Shown here in pieces: positions 1 through 11,405 of a stretch of 64,000 nucleotides of DNA. The translations under genes were made by a program, and so were the position numbers. The notes under the pieces are model-generated. The model was given only the letters and a program-made list of their open reading frames with translations. It was not told the origin of the DNA and did no database searches. Source of the DNA: Escherichia coli (GTDB lineage: Bacteria > Pseudomonadota > Gammaproteobacteria > Enterobacterales > Enterobacteriaceae); NCBI RefSeq assembly GCF_013315695.1, contig NZ_CP054353.1, one strand, 5' to 3'. Numbering within the stretch: the first letter of the stretch is position 1; the number at the start of each line of letters is the position of its first letter.

Positions 1-577
1 TGCGTAAAAGGTGTACCGAACTACTTCGGTGCCCAACGTTTTGGGATTGGCGGTAGCAACTTGCAGGGCGCGCTGCGCTGGGCGCAAACCAATACTCCGG
101 TGCGCGATCGCAATAAACGGAGTTTTTGGTTGTCGGCAGCCCGCAGTGCGTTGTTTAATCAGATTGTTGCTGAGCGCCTCAAAAAAGCAGACGTTAATCA
201 AGTTGTTGACGGCGATGCGCTACAATTAGCCGGACGTGGTAGCTGGTTTGTCGCAACCACCGAAGAACTGGTGGAATTACAGCGTCGCGTCAACGATAAA
301 GAGCTGATGATAACCGCCGCATTGCCGGGCAGTGGCGAATGGGGAACTCAGCGTGAAGCGCTGGCATTCGAACAAGCAGCTGTCGCCGCAGAAACTGACT
401 TACAAGCCTTACTGGTGCGCGAAAAAGTTGAAGCCGCGCGCAGAGCGATGCTGCTGTATCCGCAACAATTAAGCTGGAACTGGTGGGATGACGTCACCGT
501 AGAAATCCGTTTCTGGCTTCCGGCGGGTAGTTTTGCAACCAGCGTTGTCAGGGAACTTATCAACACAACAGGTGATT

Positions 578-597
<20 letters not shown>
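1..597 (+). CDS. truD: tRNA pseudouridine(13) synthase TruD, C-terminal part (5' end outside window)
   Basis: Frame 1 is open from position 1 to the stop at 595-597; translation ([15 protein letters not shown]...) matches the TruD C-terminus; conserved position upstream of surE. Confidence 0.85.
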
Positions 598-1959
<1,362 letters not shown>

Positions 1960-2098
1960 AACGTGAGGAAATACCTGGATTTTTCCTGGTTATTTTGCCG
2001 CAGGTCAGCGTATCGTGAACATCTTTTCCAGTGTTCAGTATGGTGCCTTGCACGGTAATTATGTCACTGGTTATTAACCAATTTTTCCTGGGGGATAA

Positions 2099-3238
2099 AT
2101 GAGCGCGGGAAGCCCAAAATTCACCGTTCGCCGCATTGCGGCTTTGTCACTGGTTTCGCTATGGCTGGCAGGCTGTTCTGACACTTCAAATCCACCGGCC
2201 CCGGTCAGCTCCGTTAATGGCAATGCGCCTGCAAATACCAATTCTGGTATGTTGATTACGCCGCCGCCGAAAATGGGGACGACGTCTACAGCGCAGCAAC
2301 CGCAAATTCAGCCGGTACAGCAGCCACAAATTCAGGCCACTCAACAACCGCAAATCCAGCCGGTGCAGCCAGTAGCTCAGCAGCCGGTACAGATGGAAAA
2401 CGGACGCATCGTCTATAACCGTCAGTATGGGAACATTCCGAAAGGCAGTTATAGCGGCAGTACCTATACAGTGAAAAAAGGCGACACACTTTTCTATATC
2501 GCCTGGATTACTGGCAACGATTTCCGTGACCTTGCTCAGCGCAACAATATTCAGGCACCATACGCGCTGAACGTCGGTCAGACCTTACAGGTGGGGAATG
2601 CTTCCGGTACGCCAATCACTGGCGGAAATGCCATTACCCAGGCCGACGCAGCAGAGCAAGGAGTTGTGATCAAGCCTGCACAAAATTCCACCGTTGCTGT
2701 TGCTTCGCAACCGACAATTACGTATTCTGAGTCTTCGGGTGAACAGAGTGCTAACAAAATGTTGCCGAACAACAAGCCAACTGCGACCACGGTCACAGCG
2801 CCTGTAACGGTACCAACAGCAAGCACAACCGAGCCGACTGTCAGCAGTACATCAACCAGTACGCCTATCTCCACCTGGCGCTGGCCGACTGAGGGCAAAG
2901 TGATCGAAACCTTTGGCGCTTCTGAGGGGGGCAACAAGGGGATTGATATCGCAGGCAGCAAAGGACAGGCAATTATCGCGACTGCAGATGGCCGCGTTGT
3001 TTATGCCGGTAACGCGCTGCGCGGCTACGGTAATCTGATTATCATCAAACATAATGATGATTACCTGAGTGCCTACGCCCATAACGACACAATGCTGGTC
3101 CGGGAACAACAAGAAGTGAAGGCGGGGCAAAAAATAGCAACCATGGGTAGCACCGGAACCAGTTCAACACGCTTGCATTTTGAAATTCGTTACAAGGGGA
3201 AATCCGTAAACCCGCTGCGTTATTTGCCGCAGCGATAA
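2099..3238 (+). CDS. nlpD: lipoprotein NlpD (LysM and M23 peptidase domains)
   Basis: 379 aa; lipobox LAGCS; Pro/Gln-rich repeats; C-terminal M23 domain; lies upstream of rpoS. Confidence 0.9.
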   Translation: MSAGSPKFTVRRIAALSLVSLWLAGCSDTSNPPAPVSSVNGNAPANTNSGMLITPPPKMGTTSTAQQPQIQPVQQPQIQATQQPQIQPVQPVAQQPVQMENGRIVYNRQYGNIPKGSYSGSTYTVKKGDTLFYIAWITGNDFRDLAQRNNIQAPYALNVGQTLQVGNASGTPITGGNAITQADAAEQGVVIKPAQNSTVAVASQPTITYSESSGEQSANKMLPNNKPTATTVTAPVTVPTASTTEPTVSSTSTSTPISTWRWPTEGKVIETFGASEGGNKGIDIAGSKGQAIIATADGRVVYAGNALRGYGNLIIIKHNDDYLSAYAHNDTMLVREQQEVKAGQKIATMGSTGTSSTRLHFEIRYKGKSVNPLRYLPQR

Positions 3239-3300
3239 ATCGGCGGAACCAGGCTTTTGCTTGAATGTTCCGTCAAGGGATCACGGGTAGGAGCCACCTT

Positions 3301-4293
3301 ATGAGTCAGAATACGCTGAAAGTTCATGATTTAAATGAAGATGCGGAATTTGATGAGAACGGAGTTGAGGTTTTTGACGAAAAGGCCTTAGTAGAAGAGG
3401 AACCCAGTGATAACGATTTGGCCGAAGAGGAACTGTTATCGCAGGGAGCCACACAGCGTGTGCTGGACGCGACTCAGCTTTACCTTGGTGAGATTGGTTA
3501 TTCACCACTGTTAACGGCCGAAGAAGAAGTTTATTTTGCGCGTCGCGCACTGCGTGGAGATGTTGCCTCTCGCCGCCGGATGATCGAGAGTAACTTGCGT
3601 CTGGTGGTAAAAATTGCCCGCCGTTATGGCAATCGTGGTCTGGCGTTGCTGGATCTTATCGAAGAGGGCAACCTGGGGCTGATCCGCGCGGTAGAGAAGT
3701 TTGACCCGGAACGTGGTTTCCGCTTCTCAACATACGCAACCTGGTGGATTCGCCAGACGATCGAACGGGCGATTATGAACCAAACCCGTACTATTCGTTT
3801 GCCGATTCACATCGTAAAGGAGCTGAACGTTTACCTGCGAACCGCACGCGAGTTGTCCCATAAACTGGACCATGAACCAAGTGCGGAAGAGATCGCAGAG
3901 CAACTGGATAAGCCAGTTGATGACGTCAGCCGTATGCTTCGTCTTAACGAGCGCATTACCTCGGTAGACACCCCGCTGGGTGGTGATTCCGAAAAAGCGT
4001 TGCTGGACATCCTGGCCGATGAAAAAGAGAACGGTCCGGAAGATACCACGCAAGATGACGATATGAAGCAGAGCATCGTCAAATGGCTGTTCGAGCTGAA
4101 CGCCAAACAGCGTGAAGTGCTGGCACGTCGATTCGGTTTGCTGGGGTACGAAGCGGCAACACTGGAAGATGTAGGTCGTGAAATTGGCCTCACCCGTGAA
4201 CGTGTTCGCCAGATTCAGGTTGAAGGCCTGCGCCGTTTGCGCGAAATCCTGCAAACGCAGGGGCTGAATATCGAAGCGCTGTTCCGCGAGTAA
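3301..4293 (+). CDS. rpoS: RNA polymerase sigma factor RpoS (sigma-38), intact
   Basis: 330 aa starting [17 protein letters not shown]; start taken at ATG 3301 rather than the upstream track start; codon 33 is GAG (Glu). Confidence 0.95.
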   Translation: MSQNTLKVHDLNEDAEFDENGVEVFDEKALVEEEPSDNDLAEEELLSQGATQRVLDATQLYLGEIGYSPLLTAEEEVYFARRALRGDVASRRRMIESNLRLVVKIARRYGNRGLALLDLIEEGNLGLIRAVEKFDPERGFRFSTYATWWIRQTIERAIMNQTRTIRLPIHIVKELNVYLRTARELSHKLDHEPSAEEIAEQLDKPVDDVSRMLRLNERITSVDTPLGGDSEKALLDILADEKENGPEDTTQDDDMKQSIVKWLFELNAKQREVLARRFGLLGYEAATLEDVGREIGLTRERVRQIQVEGLRRLREILQTQGLNIEALFRE

Positions 4294-4310
4294 GTAAGCA
4301 TCTGTCATAA

Positions 4311-4344
4311 AGGCCAGTCTCTTATGAGGCTGGCCTTTTTCTTT
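4311..4344. terminator. Stem-loop plus T-run downstream of rpoS (likely bidirectional terminator)
   Basis: aggccagtctc..gaggctggcct stem followed by ttttt; lies between convergent rpoS and the MarR-type gene. Confidence 0.6.
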
Positions 4345-4413
4345 TGTATGGGGAGTTGGTGTGTTTCGTCGCCTGGATAAGACACGTCAGCGTCCCATCC
4401 GGCAATCAACATC

Positions 4414-4821
4414 CTATTTGCTCATCATCTTGCGCACCAGCTGCATAAACAGCTCCTGCTCTTCTCCACTCAAACGCCCCAAAAATTCCTCATCCACACT
4501 GTCGCCAATCGGTATCGCCGCAGCAAGTACCTTTTCTCCTTCGGCAGTCAGCCAGACAAAGCGTCGCCGCTTATCAGCGGCGTCATGTTCACGTCTGACT
4601 AAGCCACGATTTTCCATTCTTGCCAACATTTCTGCCAGCGTTGCTTTGGTGCTGACTGCTGCTTCTATCAGTGCCACCTGTTCGATACCAGGCTTATCAG
4701 CAATGGCGCGCATCACCGCGTACTGTGGTTTGGTCAGGTCAGGTAACTCGTGCTGCCAGCGGGCCGTATGCTGCTGAAAAAGCTGTCGTAACTGATGGAA
4801 CGCTTTATTTCGTAACGCCAT
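4414..4821 (-). CDS. MarR/SlyA-family transcriptional regulator
   Basis: 135 aa; winged-helix MarR-like sequence; divergent from the decarboxylase operon. Confidence 0.8.
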   Translation of the reverse strand: MALRNKAFHQLRQLFQQHTARWQHELPDLTKPQYAVMRAIADKPGIEQVALIEAAVSTKATLAEMLARMENRGLVRREHDAADKRRRFVWLTAEGEKVLAAAIPIGDSVDEEFLGRLSGEEQELFMQLVRKMMSK

Positions 4822-4936
4822 GTAAACTCCGGGCTAATTCTCTGTCGCTATCATAGCGGTTTTTCAGTGACGAAGAAGATGTTGTTACTTTTCAATCCTT
4901 GCCGCTGTGGAAATGAAGGAGTATGTTAATAATAAC

Positions 4937-4950
4937 GTTCGTATACGAAC
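4937..4950. promoter_or_regulatory. Perfect 14-bp palindrome gttcgtatacgaac, candidate operator
   Basis: Exact inverted repeat 18 bp upstream of the UbiX-like ATG, in the divergent intergenic region with the MarR gene. Confidence 0.4.
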
Positions 4951-4967
4951 AATTAAGAGAGTAAGCA

Positions 4968-5561
4968 ATGAAACTGATCGTCGGGATGACAGGGGCTACC
5001 GGTGCGCCTCTTGGTGTGGCATTACTGCAAGCGCTGCGGGAGATGCCGAATGTCGAGACTCATCTGGTGATGTCGACGTGGGCGAAAACCACCATTGAAC
5101 TGGAAACGCCTTACAGCGCTCGCGATGTTGCTGCCCTCGCAGACTTCAGCCATAACTCGGCGGATCAGGCGGCGACCATCTCCTCAGGTTCCTTTCGTAC
5201 CGACGGCATGATCGTTATTCCGTGCAGTATGAAAACGCTCGCCGGTATCCGTGCCGGTTACGCCGATGGCCTGGTAGGGCGCGCGGCGGACGTCGTGCTC
5301 AAAGAAGGCCGCAAACTGGTGCTGGTGCCGCGTGAAATGCCGCTTAGCACCATCCATCTCGAAAATATGCTCGCACTTTCGCGCATGGGCGTGGCGATGG
5401 TGCCGCCGATGCCTGCCTTTTATAACCATCCCGAAACGGTAGATGACATTGTCCAGCACGTGGTAGCCCGCGTGCTGGATCAATTTGGCCTCGAACATCC
5501 TCACGCCAGGCGCTGGCAAGGATTGTCGCAGACCCGGAATTTTTCTCAGGAGAATGAATAA
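4968..5561 (+). CDS. ecdB: UbiX/Pad1-family flavin prenyltransferase (decarboxylase subunit B)
   Basis: 197 aa; MKLIVGMTGATGAP flavoprotein motif typical of UbiX/Pad1; first gene of a three-gene operon; gene symbol recalled from O157-type annotations and not verified. Confidence 0.8.
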   Translation: MKLIVGMTGATGAPLGVALLQALREMPNVETHLVMSTWAKTTIELETPYSARDVAALADFSHNSADQAATISSGSFRTDGMIVIPCSMKTLAGIRAGYADGLVGRAADVVLKEGRKLVLVPREMPLSTIHLENMLALSRMGVAMVPPMPAFYNHPETVDDIVQHVVARVLDQFGLEHPHARRWQGLSQTRNFSQENE

Positions 5562-6988
5562 TGGCATTTGATGATTTACGCAGCTTTTTACAGGCGCTCG
5601 ACGACCATGGGCAATTGCTGAAAATCAGCGAAGAGGTGAACGCAGAACCGGATCTGGCAGCCGCAGCCAACGCCACCGGGCGTATCGGCGACGGCGCGCC
5701 AGCGCTGTGGTTTGATAATATTCGCGGCTTTACCGATGCCCGCGTGGCGATGAACACCATCGGTTCCTGGCAGAACCACGCGATTTCCCTCGGCCTGCCG
5801 CCAAATACCCCGGTTAAAAAACAGATCGATGAGTTTATCCGCCGCTGGGACAACTTCCCGATTGCCCCGGAACGCCGAGCCAATCCAGCCTGGGCGCAGA
5901 ACACCGTCGATGGAGACGAGATCAACCTGTTCGATATCCTGCCGCTGTTTCGTTTAAACGATGGCGATGGCGGTTTCTATCTCGACAAAGCGTGCGTGGT
6001 TTCCCGCGATCCGCTTGATCCGGATAACTTCGGCAAGCAGAACGTCGGTATCTACCGCATGGAAGTGAAGGGCAAACGTAAGCTCGGCCTGCAACCGGTG
6101 CCGATGCACGATATCGCCCTGCATCTGCATAAAGCGGAAGAGCGCGGTGAAGATCTGCCGATTGCGATCACCCTCGGTAACGATCCGATCATCACGCTGA
6201 TGGGGGCCACGCCGCTGAAATATGATCAGTCCGAGTACGAAATGGCAGGCGCGCTGCGTGAAAGCCCGTACCCGATCGCCACCGCCCCGCTGACTGGTTT
6301 TGATGTGCCGTGGGGTTCAGAAGTGATCCTCGAAGGGGTTATCGAAAGTCGTAAACGTGAGATCGAAGGGCCGTTCGGTGAGTTTACCGGCCACTACTCC
6401 GGTGGGCGCAACATGACCGTGGTGCGCATCGATAAAGTCTCTTACCGCACGAAACCGATTTTCGAATCGCTGTACCTCGGCATGCCGTGGACGGAAATCG
6501 ACTATCTGATGGGGCCAGCCACCTGCGTGCCGCTGTATCAGCAACTGAAAGCCGAGTTCCCGGAAGTGCAGGCGGTGAACGCCATGTACACCCACGGCCT
6601 GCTGGCGATTATCTCCACCAAAAAACGCTACGGTGGCTTTGCCCGCGCGGTGGGCCTGCGTGCGATGACCACGCCGCACGGTCTGGGCTATGTGAAGATG
6701 GTGATTATGGTCGATGAAGACGTTGATCCGTTCAACCTGCCGCAGGTGATGTGGGCGCTCTCCTCGAAAGTGAACCCGGCAGGGGATTTGGTGCAGTTGC
6801 CGAATATGTCCGTGCTGGAACTCGACCCAGGCTCAAGCCCGGCGGGGATCACCGACAAGCTGATTATCGACGCCACCACGCCTGTCGCCCCGGACAACCG
6901 TGGTCACTACAGTCAGCCGGTGGTGGATTTACCGGAAACCAAAGCCTGGGCTGAAAAACTGACCGCTATGCTGGCCGCACGTCAATAA
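5561..6988 (+). CDS. ecdC: UbiD-family (prenyl-FMN dependent) aromatic acid decarboxylase subunit C
   Basis: 475 aa; UbiD-like length and sequence; start overlaps the upstream stop (translational coupling). Confidence 0.8.
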   Translation: MAFDDLRSFLQALDDHGQLLKISEEVNAEPDLAAAANATGRIGDGAPALWFDNIRGFTDARVAMNTIGSWQNHAISLGLPPNTPVKKQIDEFIRRWDNFPIAPERRANPAWAQNTVDGDEINLFDILPLFRLNDGDGGFYLDKACVVSRDPLDPDNFGKQNVGIYRMEVKGKRKLGLQPVPMHDIALHLHKAEERGEDLPIAITLGNDPIITLMGATPLKYDQSEYEMAGALRESPYPIATAPLTGFDVPWGSEVILEGVIESRKREIEGPFGEFTGHYSGGRNMTVVRIDKVSYRTKPIFESLYLGMPWTEIDYLMGPATCVPLYQQLKAEFPEVQAVNAMYTHGLLAIISTKKRYGGFARAVGLRAMTTPHGLGYVKMVIMVDEDVDPFNLPQVMWALSSKVNPAGDLVQLPNMSVLELDPGSSPAGITDKLIIDATTPVAPDNRGHYSQPVVDLPETKAWAEKLTAMLAARQ

Positions 6989-6998
6989 GGAGAACAAG

Positions 6999-7235
6999 AT
7001 GATTTGTCCACGTTGTGCTGATGAACAGATTGAAGTGATGGCGAAATCGCCGGTAAAAGATGTCTGGACGGTCTACCAGTGCCAGCATTGCCTCTATACC
7101 TGGCGCGATACCGAACCGCTGCGCCGCACCAGCCGCGAACATTATCCCGAAGCGTTCCGCATGACGCAGAAAGATATTGATGACGCGCCGATGGTGCCGA
7201 GCATCCCGCCGCTGCTGGCGGAAGGTAAGCGCTAA
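6999..7235 (+). CDS. ecdD: small decarboxylase subunit D (zinc-ribbon protein)
   Basis: 78 aa; CPRC...CQHC pair of CxxC motifs; RBS aggagaacaag upstream; third gene of the operon. Confidence 0.7.
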   Translation: MICPRCADEQIEVMAKSPVKDVWTVYQCQHCLYTWRDTEPLRRTSREHYPEAFRMTQKDIDDAPMVPSIPPLLAEGKR

Positions 7236-7236
7236 A

Positions 7237-7268
7237 TAAAAGGTCCGATGCCCATCGGACCTTTTTAT
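7237..7268. terminator. Bidirectional intrinsic terminator between the decarboxylase operon and ygbN
   Basis: aaataaaa-ggtccgatgcccatcggacc-ttttt: GC stem flanked by an A-run and a T-run between convergent genes. Confidence 0.7.
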
Positions 7269-7273
7269 TAAGG

Positions 7274-8638
7274 TCAAATTACCGCCCATACGCACCAGGT
7301 AATTAAGAATCCGGTAAAACCGAGAATGGTCGTTAACACTGTCCAGGTTTTCAGACCGTCTGCTACCGACAACCCCAGATATTTGGTCACAATCCAGAAC
7401 CCTGAGTCATTAATATGTGACGCGCCAAGCCCACCAAAGCAGGCTGCCAGCGTCACCAATACGCACTGAATCGGATTCAATCCCATCACCGCTTCTGAGA
7501 GTAACCCGCCGGTTGTCAGGATTGCTACGGTTGCTGACCCCTGCGATGCACGCAGCGCCAGTGAAATAATAAATGCGGCTGGTAACAGAGGCAGGTCAAT
7601 CATTTGTAGCATGTTGGCAAGGGCTTTGCCGACGCCCGATTCCACCAGCACTTTGCCAAATACCCCTCCAGCACCAGTAACCAAAATCACTACCGCCGCG
7701 GTGGGAAGGGCTGAGCCCATAATGTCGCTGGTGTGTTGTAAGCTCCAGCCGCGACGTAAAGCCAATAACCAGAATGCCAGCACCAGCGCAATCATTAGAG
7801 CTACCATTGGTGAGCCGATCAGCTGTAGCGTACCAAGCAGGGGATGCGAAGGCGGCATCAGTGTTGCGGAAACCGTACCCGCCATGATAATCGCGATAGG
7901 AATAACAATTAGCGAGGTGACCAGCGCGACGCCCGGTGGATTTATTTTATCGCTTAATTTTGTCGCGCCTTCCTCACTGGCCGGAGCCAGTTGCATCTGT
8001 TCCAGTACTTCCACCGACATCGCATATTGGCGCTTATTGATTATTTTCGCTGCAAAGTAGCCAACAATCCCTACGGGAATAGAAATCGCAATACCGATGA
8101 TGGTTAGCCAGCCGATGTCTGCGTGGAGTAACCCCGCTGCGGCGACAGGGCCTGGATGCGGCGGTACCGCCACATGAACAGTTAGCATGATTCCAGCGAC
8201 AGGCAGGCCAAATTTGAGTGGCGATATTTTGGCAACCTTGGCAAAACCGTAAATGATTGGCGCAAGAATAATAAAGCCGACATCAAAGAAGACGGGGATA
8301 CCGAGGAAGAACGCTGCCAGAGTCAGCGCAGCGATAGTTCGTTTGTCACCTAACTTGCGACTGAAATAATTAGCCAGTGACTCTGCACCACCAGAGTGTT
8401 CGATCATACGCCCCAGCATAGCGCCCAGACCAATAATAATAGTGACGGAACCAAGCACACCGCCCATCCCGGCGATCATCACTTTACCCACTTCGCCCGC
8501 CGGTATACCCGCCGCAAGTGCGACTAACAGGCTGACGAGGAGCAGAGCAACGAATGGTTGTACCTTTGCCTTGATGACCAGCAGCAACAGCATGATTACG
8601 CCAGTTAACGCAATGCATAACAATGTAATTGTGGACAT
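7274..8638 (-). CDS. ygbN: GntP-family acid-sugar permease
   Basis: 454 aa polytopic membrane protein; GntP-like; conserved position next to ygbM. Confidence 0.85.
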   Translation of the reverse strand: MSTITLLCIALTGVIMLLLLVIKAKVQPFVALLLVSLLVALAAGIPAGEVGKVMIAGMGGVLGSVTIIIGLGAMLGRMIEHSGGAESLANYFSRKLGDKRTIAALTLAAFFLGIPVFFDVGFIILAPIIYGFAKVAKISPLKFGLPVAGIMLTVHVAVPPHPGPVAAAGLLHADIGWLTIIGIAISIPVGIVGYFAAKIINKRQYAMSVEVLEQMQLAPASEEGATKLSDKINPPGVALVTSLIVIPIAIIMAGTVSATLMPPSHPLLGTLQLIGSPMVALMIALVLAFWLLALRRGWSLQHTSDIMGSALPTAAVVILVTGAGGVFGKVLVESGVGKALANMLQMIDLPLLPAAFIISLALRASQGSATVAILTTGGLLSEAVMGLNPIQCVLVTLAACFGGLGASHINDSGFWIVTKYLGLSVADGLKTWTVLTTILGFTGFLITWCVWAVI

Positions 8639-8726
8639 GGGAAACCCTGTCTGAAAGTTATAGTTAACCTACCCCATCCGTAGATGGGGGGATGTATGGG
8701 TACGTTGTAATTAGGGATTTAACGAA

Positions 8727-9503
8727 TTAGCGCCAGGCGTCAAACCAGCCAAGCCCTTCTTCGGTGAGGCCACGAGGTTTATATTCACAACCGATCCAGC
8801 CCTGATATCCCACCTCATCGAACAGGCGGAACAGCCACGGATAGTTGATTTCTCCATCGTCCGGTTCATGTCGATCAGGTAGTCCGGCAATTTGTACGTG
8901 CGCATATTTCCCGGCGTAGTCGCGGATTAAATGCGTCAGGTTGCCATCTACTTTTTGCGCATGAAAAGTATCTAGTTGAATAAACACGTTATCTCGCGCA
9001 ACTTCTTCAACAATAGCCAGTGCCTGATACTGGCTGGAGAAGAGATAATGAGGCTTAACGCCGGGGCTGAGTGCTTCAACTAATATTCGCTTGCCGTGTG
9101 GCGCAAAGCGGTCGGCAGCGTAGCGGAGATTATCGATAAATACTGCCCTGTACCGTTCAGCATCTTCGCCAGCGGGCACGACGCCTGCCATCACATGGAC
9201 TTGTTCACAATTGAGCGCCAATGCATATTCCAGTGCCAGGTCGATGTCTGCGTGTGCTTCGTGCTCACGTCCGGGAAGGGCGGATAATCCCCATTCCCCC
9301 GCATTAATATCTCCGGGAGCGGTATTGAACAGCGCCAGTGTCAGATGGTTTTGCTCCAGTTGCTTTTGGATTTGCAGGGTGGAGTAGTTATAGGGAAACA
9401 GAAATTCCACAGCATCGAACCCGGCTTTTCGCGCTGCGGCGAAGCGTTCAATAAAAGGCACTTCGGTGAACATCATGGATAAATTAGCTGCAAAACGAGG
9501 CAT
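8727..9503 (-). CDS. ygbM: 2-oxo-tetronate isomerase (hydroxypyruvate isomerase-like TIM barrel)
   Basis: 258 aa starting [21 protein letters not shown]; xylose-isomerase-like fold family. Confidence 0.85.
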   Translation of the reverse strand: MPRFAANLSMMFTEVPFIERFAAARKAGFDAVEFLFPYNYSTLQIQKQLEQNHLTLALFNTAPGDINAGEWGLSALPGREHEAHADIDLALEYALALNCEQVHVMAGVVPAGEDAERYRAVFIDNLRYAADRFAPHGKRILVEALSPGVKPHYLFSSQYQALAIVEEVARDNVFIQLDTFHAQKVDGNLTHLIRDYAGKYAHVQIAGLPDRHEPDDGEINYPWLFRLFDEVGYQGWIGCEYKPRGLTEEGLGWFDAWR

Positions 9504-9507
9504 TGCA

Positions 9508-10146
9508 TTAACTCCTTAATTCCGCAATTTCACCTGCGGTCAGATAACGGATCGGGCGGTCACCGAGAATAAAAATCAGCTTTGCCGTTTCCTCCAGCTC
9601 TTCCATATTGTTGGCGGCTTCTTGCAGGCTTTCACCGCAAACCACTGGGCCATGATTTGCCAGTAAAAAAGCCTGATTGTCTGCTGCCAGTTCCGCCAGA
9701 TCCTGTGCGATGCGTTTATCGCCCGGTCGGTAATAAGGCACCAGCGGGATATTTCCCATCCGCATCACCACGTATGGTGTGAACGGACGAATAACGTTGC
9801 TGCTGTCCAGCCCTTGCAGGCAGGAAAGCGCCGTCGACCATGTGCTGTGCAAATGCACCACCGCTTTACAGCGCGGATTGTTGCGATACAGCGCCAGATG
9901 AAAGAGCACCTCTTTCGAGGGTTTGTCACCACTTAACCATTCGCCATCCGCGGCGACTTTGGAAAGCCGCTGCGGATCGAGATTGCCCAGGCATGAACCT
10001 GTCGGTGTCGCCAGTAAATTCCCGTCAGGTAAAAGCAGCGACAGATTGCCAGCCGAACCGGTTGCATAGCCGCGCTGAAAGAATGAACTGGCAATCCGCG
10101 TCATCTCCTCTCGCAAAGACTGCTCTACTTTTGCGAAATCGCTCAT
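9508..10146 (-). CDS. ygbL: class II aldolase/adducin-family 3-oxo-tetronate 4-phosphate decarboxylase
   Basis: 212 aa; class II aldolase-like; 4-bp overlap with ygbK. Confidence 0.85.
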   Translation of the reverse strand: MSDFAKVEQSLREEMTRIASSFFQRGYATGSAGNLSLLLPDGNLLATPTGSCLGNLDPQRLSKVAADGEWLSGDKPSKEVLFHLALYRNNPRCKAVVHLHSTWSTALSCLQGLDSSNVIRPFTPYVVMRMGNIPLVPYYRPGDKRIAQDLAELAADNQAFLLANHGPVVCGESLQEAANNMEELEETAKLIFILGDRPIRYLTAGEIAELRS

Positions 10147-11405
10147 GATAAAAACTCTCTTTGGGCTCGTGAAAAAAAGGCTTCATCACCGAAGTTGCCA
10201 GATTTAAGGGCGAGTGAGACAGGCTTATCCAGTGCGTTTACCCACGGCACGCCAGGGGAAATGGTTGGGCCAATATGAAACCCTTTTATTCCCAGGCTCT
10301 GTGTGACTACGCCGGAGGTCTCACCGCCTGCGACAATAAAGCGTGTCACGCCTTCCGCTGCTAACCGCGCCGCTAGTTGAGAAAACAGTGTTTCTACTGC
10401 CTGACTGGCTTTTTGTGCACCGTATTGCTGTTGAATTGCTGCCAATGCGTCAGTGCTTGCGGTGGCAAAAACCAGTGGAGCAAGTACACTTTCCTGGCCC
10501 AGAACCCACTCTGCCAGTTCGTGTGCATAAGCGGCCAGAGTTTCAATTGAGAGGCAGCGTGCCACATCAACTTCACGGGCTGGTGCAATTTGACGGTAAT
10601 GTGCTACCTGGCGGTTGGTCATTTGAGAGCATGAACCGGAGAGCACTACGCCGCGCCCAGCGAGCGGATGCCCTGCTTTGCGAGCCTGGTTACCGTTTTC
10701 TTGCGCCCACTGCCGGGCAAGGCCAATCGCCAGACCAGAACCGCCCGTTACCAGTGGGGCATCGCGCAAGGCTTCTCCCTGAATTTCCAGATGGTATTCG
10801 GTCAGCGCATCAAGCACCGCGTAGCGGTAGCCCTCTTGCTGTAAGCGAGCCAGCTCTTGACGAACGGCATCCACACCTTGTTCGAAAACATGTGCCGAAA
10901 CGACGCCGCAGCGCCCTGTGGATTGCGCTTCAACCAGACGGGGAAGATAGCTGTCGGTCATGGGATTTACCGGGTGATGGCGCATCCCGGATTCGGCCAG
11001 CAGTTGATTCATTACGAACAAATACCCCTGATAAACCGTACGTCCGTTGACCGGCAGGGCCGGAGAGAAGACCGTAAACGGCGTGTCGAGAGCATCCATT
11101 AATGCATCGGTAACCGGGCCGATATTACCTTTCGCCGTACTGTCGAAAGTAGAGCAGTATTTGAAATAGATCTGTTTGCAACCTTGCTGTTGCAACCAGC
11201 TCAGAGCCGCCAGCGATTGCTGTGTGGCTTCAACCACCGGACAGGAACGCGTTTTCAGGCTGATCACCAGTGCGTCGATTGCTTCCGGCATTTTACCTGT
11301 TGGAACACCGTTAATTTGTACCGTTGGTAGACCGTTTTCCACCAGAAAACTGGCGATATCCGTCGCGCCGGTAAAATCATCGGCGATAACGCCAATCTTG
11401 ATCAT
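10143..11405 (-). CDS. ygbK: four-carbon acid sugar (3-oxo-tetronate) kinase, DUF1537 family
   Basis: 420 aa starting MIKIGVIADDFTGATD; overlaps ygbJ stop. Confidence 0.85.
   Translation of the reverse strand: MIKIGVIADDFTGATDIASFLVENGLPTVQINGVPTGKMPEAIDALVISLKTRSCPVVEATQQSLAALSWLQQQGCKQIYFKYCSTFDSTAKGNIGPVTDALMDALDTPFTVFSPALPVNGRTVYQGYLFVMNQLLAESGMRHHPVNPMTDSYLPRLVEAQSTGRCGVVSAHVFEQGVDAVRQELARLQQEGYRYAVLDALTEYHLEIQGEALRDAPLVTGGSGLAIGLARQWAQENGNQARKAGHPLAGRGVVLSGSCSQMTNRQVAHYRQIAPAREVDVARCLSIETLAAYAHELAEWVLGQESVLAPLVFATASTDALAAIQQQYGAQKASQAVETLFSQLAARLAAEGVTRFIVAGGETSGVVTQSLGIKGFHIGPTISPGVPWVNALDKPVSLALKSGNFGDEAFFSRAQREFLS

Noticed and set aside
3265-3300. N-terminally extended RpoS start (track ORF begins at 3265)
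   Set aside because: The conserved RpoS N-terminus begins MSQNTLKV at 3301; the upstream codons are not part of the known protein.
4361-4777. 138-aa plus-strand ORF
   Set aside because: Antisense to the MarR-family gene, Ser/Cys-rich low-complexity translation; the divergent gene arrangement favours the minus-strand regulator.
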